Assembly: GCA_001949185.1 (NCBI GenBank)
Contig: BDGG01000002.1
Span: 8,727,990 to 8,791,989, forward strand
Length of the DNA: 64,000 nt
Source of the DNA: Ramazzottius varieornatus
Lineage: Eukaryota; Animalia; Tardigrada
Direction of reading: 5' to 3'
Both the position numbers and the translations under genes were made by a program. Numbering within the stretch: position 1 is the first letter of the stretch; each line of letters starts with the position of its first letter. Of the stretch, positions 62,983 through 64,000 are shown one piece after another. The notes under the pieces are model-generated. The model did no database searches. It was not told the origin of the DNA and saw nothing but the letters and a program-made list of their open reading frames with translations.

Positions 62983-63837
62983 ATGTCCCAACCCTTTAGG
63001 ACCAAGCGACCTCGACGGTACACCGAACAAACCATGAAGGACGCACTTTGTGCTATTCATTCTTATATAATTATTGCACGCCAGATTTGCTCGCAGTCGT
63101 AGGGCACAATAAATTTGAGGTGACTGTGTCCTCAACCAAATGAGCACTTGCGCATATGACTTCCTTTCGCGACGTGGACCTTTAGAATTGCGTACGGATG
63201 CGGGATGCCACACTCTCCAAGGTCTTGAACTCTCTTTGAATCAATTAAATTAGCTCGCCGAGCAACTGTAACCTGGCAGCCTACTGCATGCATGAACGAA
63301 AACGATTCGCATGGGCTATACCGATGCAGCTGTTGTCCTTTTTTTCCTACCTAGCCAACTTCTAGGAGAAGACCTAACCTCGAGCTTTCAGTGCGTAACC
63401 GTGAGGTCTCGGTCTGACTTTGAGAATGTACAGTATGAGAATTCAGCCGTGCTCCGCAGTACAGGTGGCGCCACCGTCAATGAAGACCCGCTGGTCCTTG
63501 GGGTGTGAGTCACGTGACTAAACTGTCTCTTGTTAACTTGTTGAGGGAAGGAACTCCGAATTTTCAAGGCTCTGAATAGTGCTTCATGGAGTAGCGCATG
63601 ATGGAACGGACGACGGCTCATTGTGAAGGGCTCCCACTCCGACAAGACACCCAGGGACAACGAGCGTCCACAGTCGCATACACCGGTACCTATTTTTCAA
63701 AAGTCCAGGTTGCCACAATGCCTTTGCCACCGAGCCAACGCATGACCAACAAGAAATGGGTTTTGTCAAATGAGATTCCCTTTTTTCCACCAAATCCAAA
63801 TTGTTCAGGAGATGCTTTTTCAGATTTTGTGTTTTAA
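62983..63837 (+). pseudogene. Probable degraded DNA transposase fragments (Tc1/mariner-pogo superfamily)
   Basis: RPRRYTEQTMKDALCAIHS resembles a psq-type HTH start; downstream DNERP and WVLSNEIPFFPPNPNCSGDAFSDFVF resemble DNA.PH and SPD..P.DF motifs. Many stops. Confidence 0.35.
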
Positions 63838-63917
63838 GTATTCAGCTGACCGTGCTCGTATAGGTTTGTAGGGAGTTTGACGGGCTATCGAACATACGTA
63901 ACAGAGTTGTCGGACAG

Positions 63918-63967
63918 NNNNNNNNNNNNNNNNNNNNNNNNNNNNNNNNNNNNNNNNNNNNNNNNNN
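63918..63967. other. Assembly gap (50 N)
   Basis: Run of N. Confidence 1.
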
Positions 63968-64000
63968 CCTGTCCGACAACTAGTAGAAAAGTTATGGAAG

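Overview
Eukaryotic, animal genomic DNA with short GT-AG introns. The gene content (P2X receptor, masquerade-like protease, divergent nuclear receptor) and compact layout suggest an ecdysozoan, probably a tardigrade; this is an inference, not a database result. The first ~10 kb is non-coding and packed with MITEs and degraded Tc1/mariner and piggyBac elements, plus two arrays with a ~20.6-bp period. Genes in order: melatonin-receptor-like GPCR (+), divergent nuclear receptor or pseudogene (+), secreted mucin-like protein with a terminal clip-like Cys domain (-), small secreted Ser/Thr/Gly-rich protein ending in GRK (-), 8-exon MEP/AMT2-type ammonium transporter (+), convergent P2X receptor (-), ~300-aa GGSSGGY-repeat protein (+), ~20-kb midasin MDN1 (-), ethanolamine/choline kinase (-), masquerade-like serine protease (-), then a transposase remnant and an N gap. 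Best leads: the intron-containing fungal-like ammonium transporter (horizontal transfer candidate), three orphan low-complexity proteins, and the helically phased motif arrays. All gene models were read by eye and need transcript confirmation.
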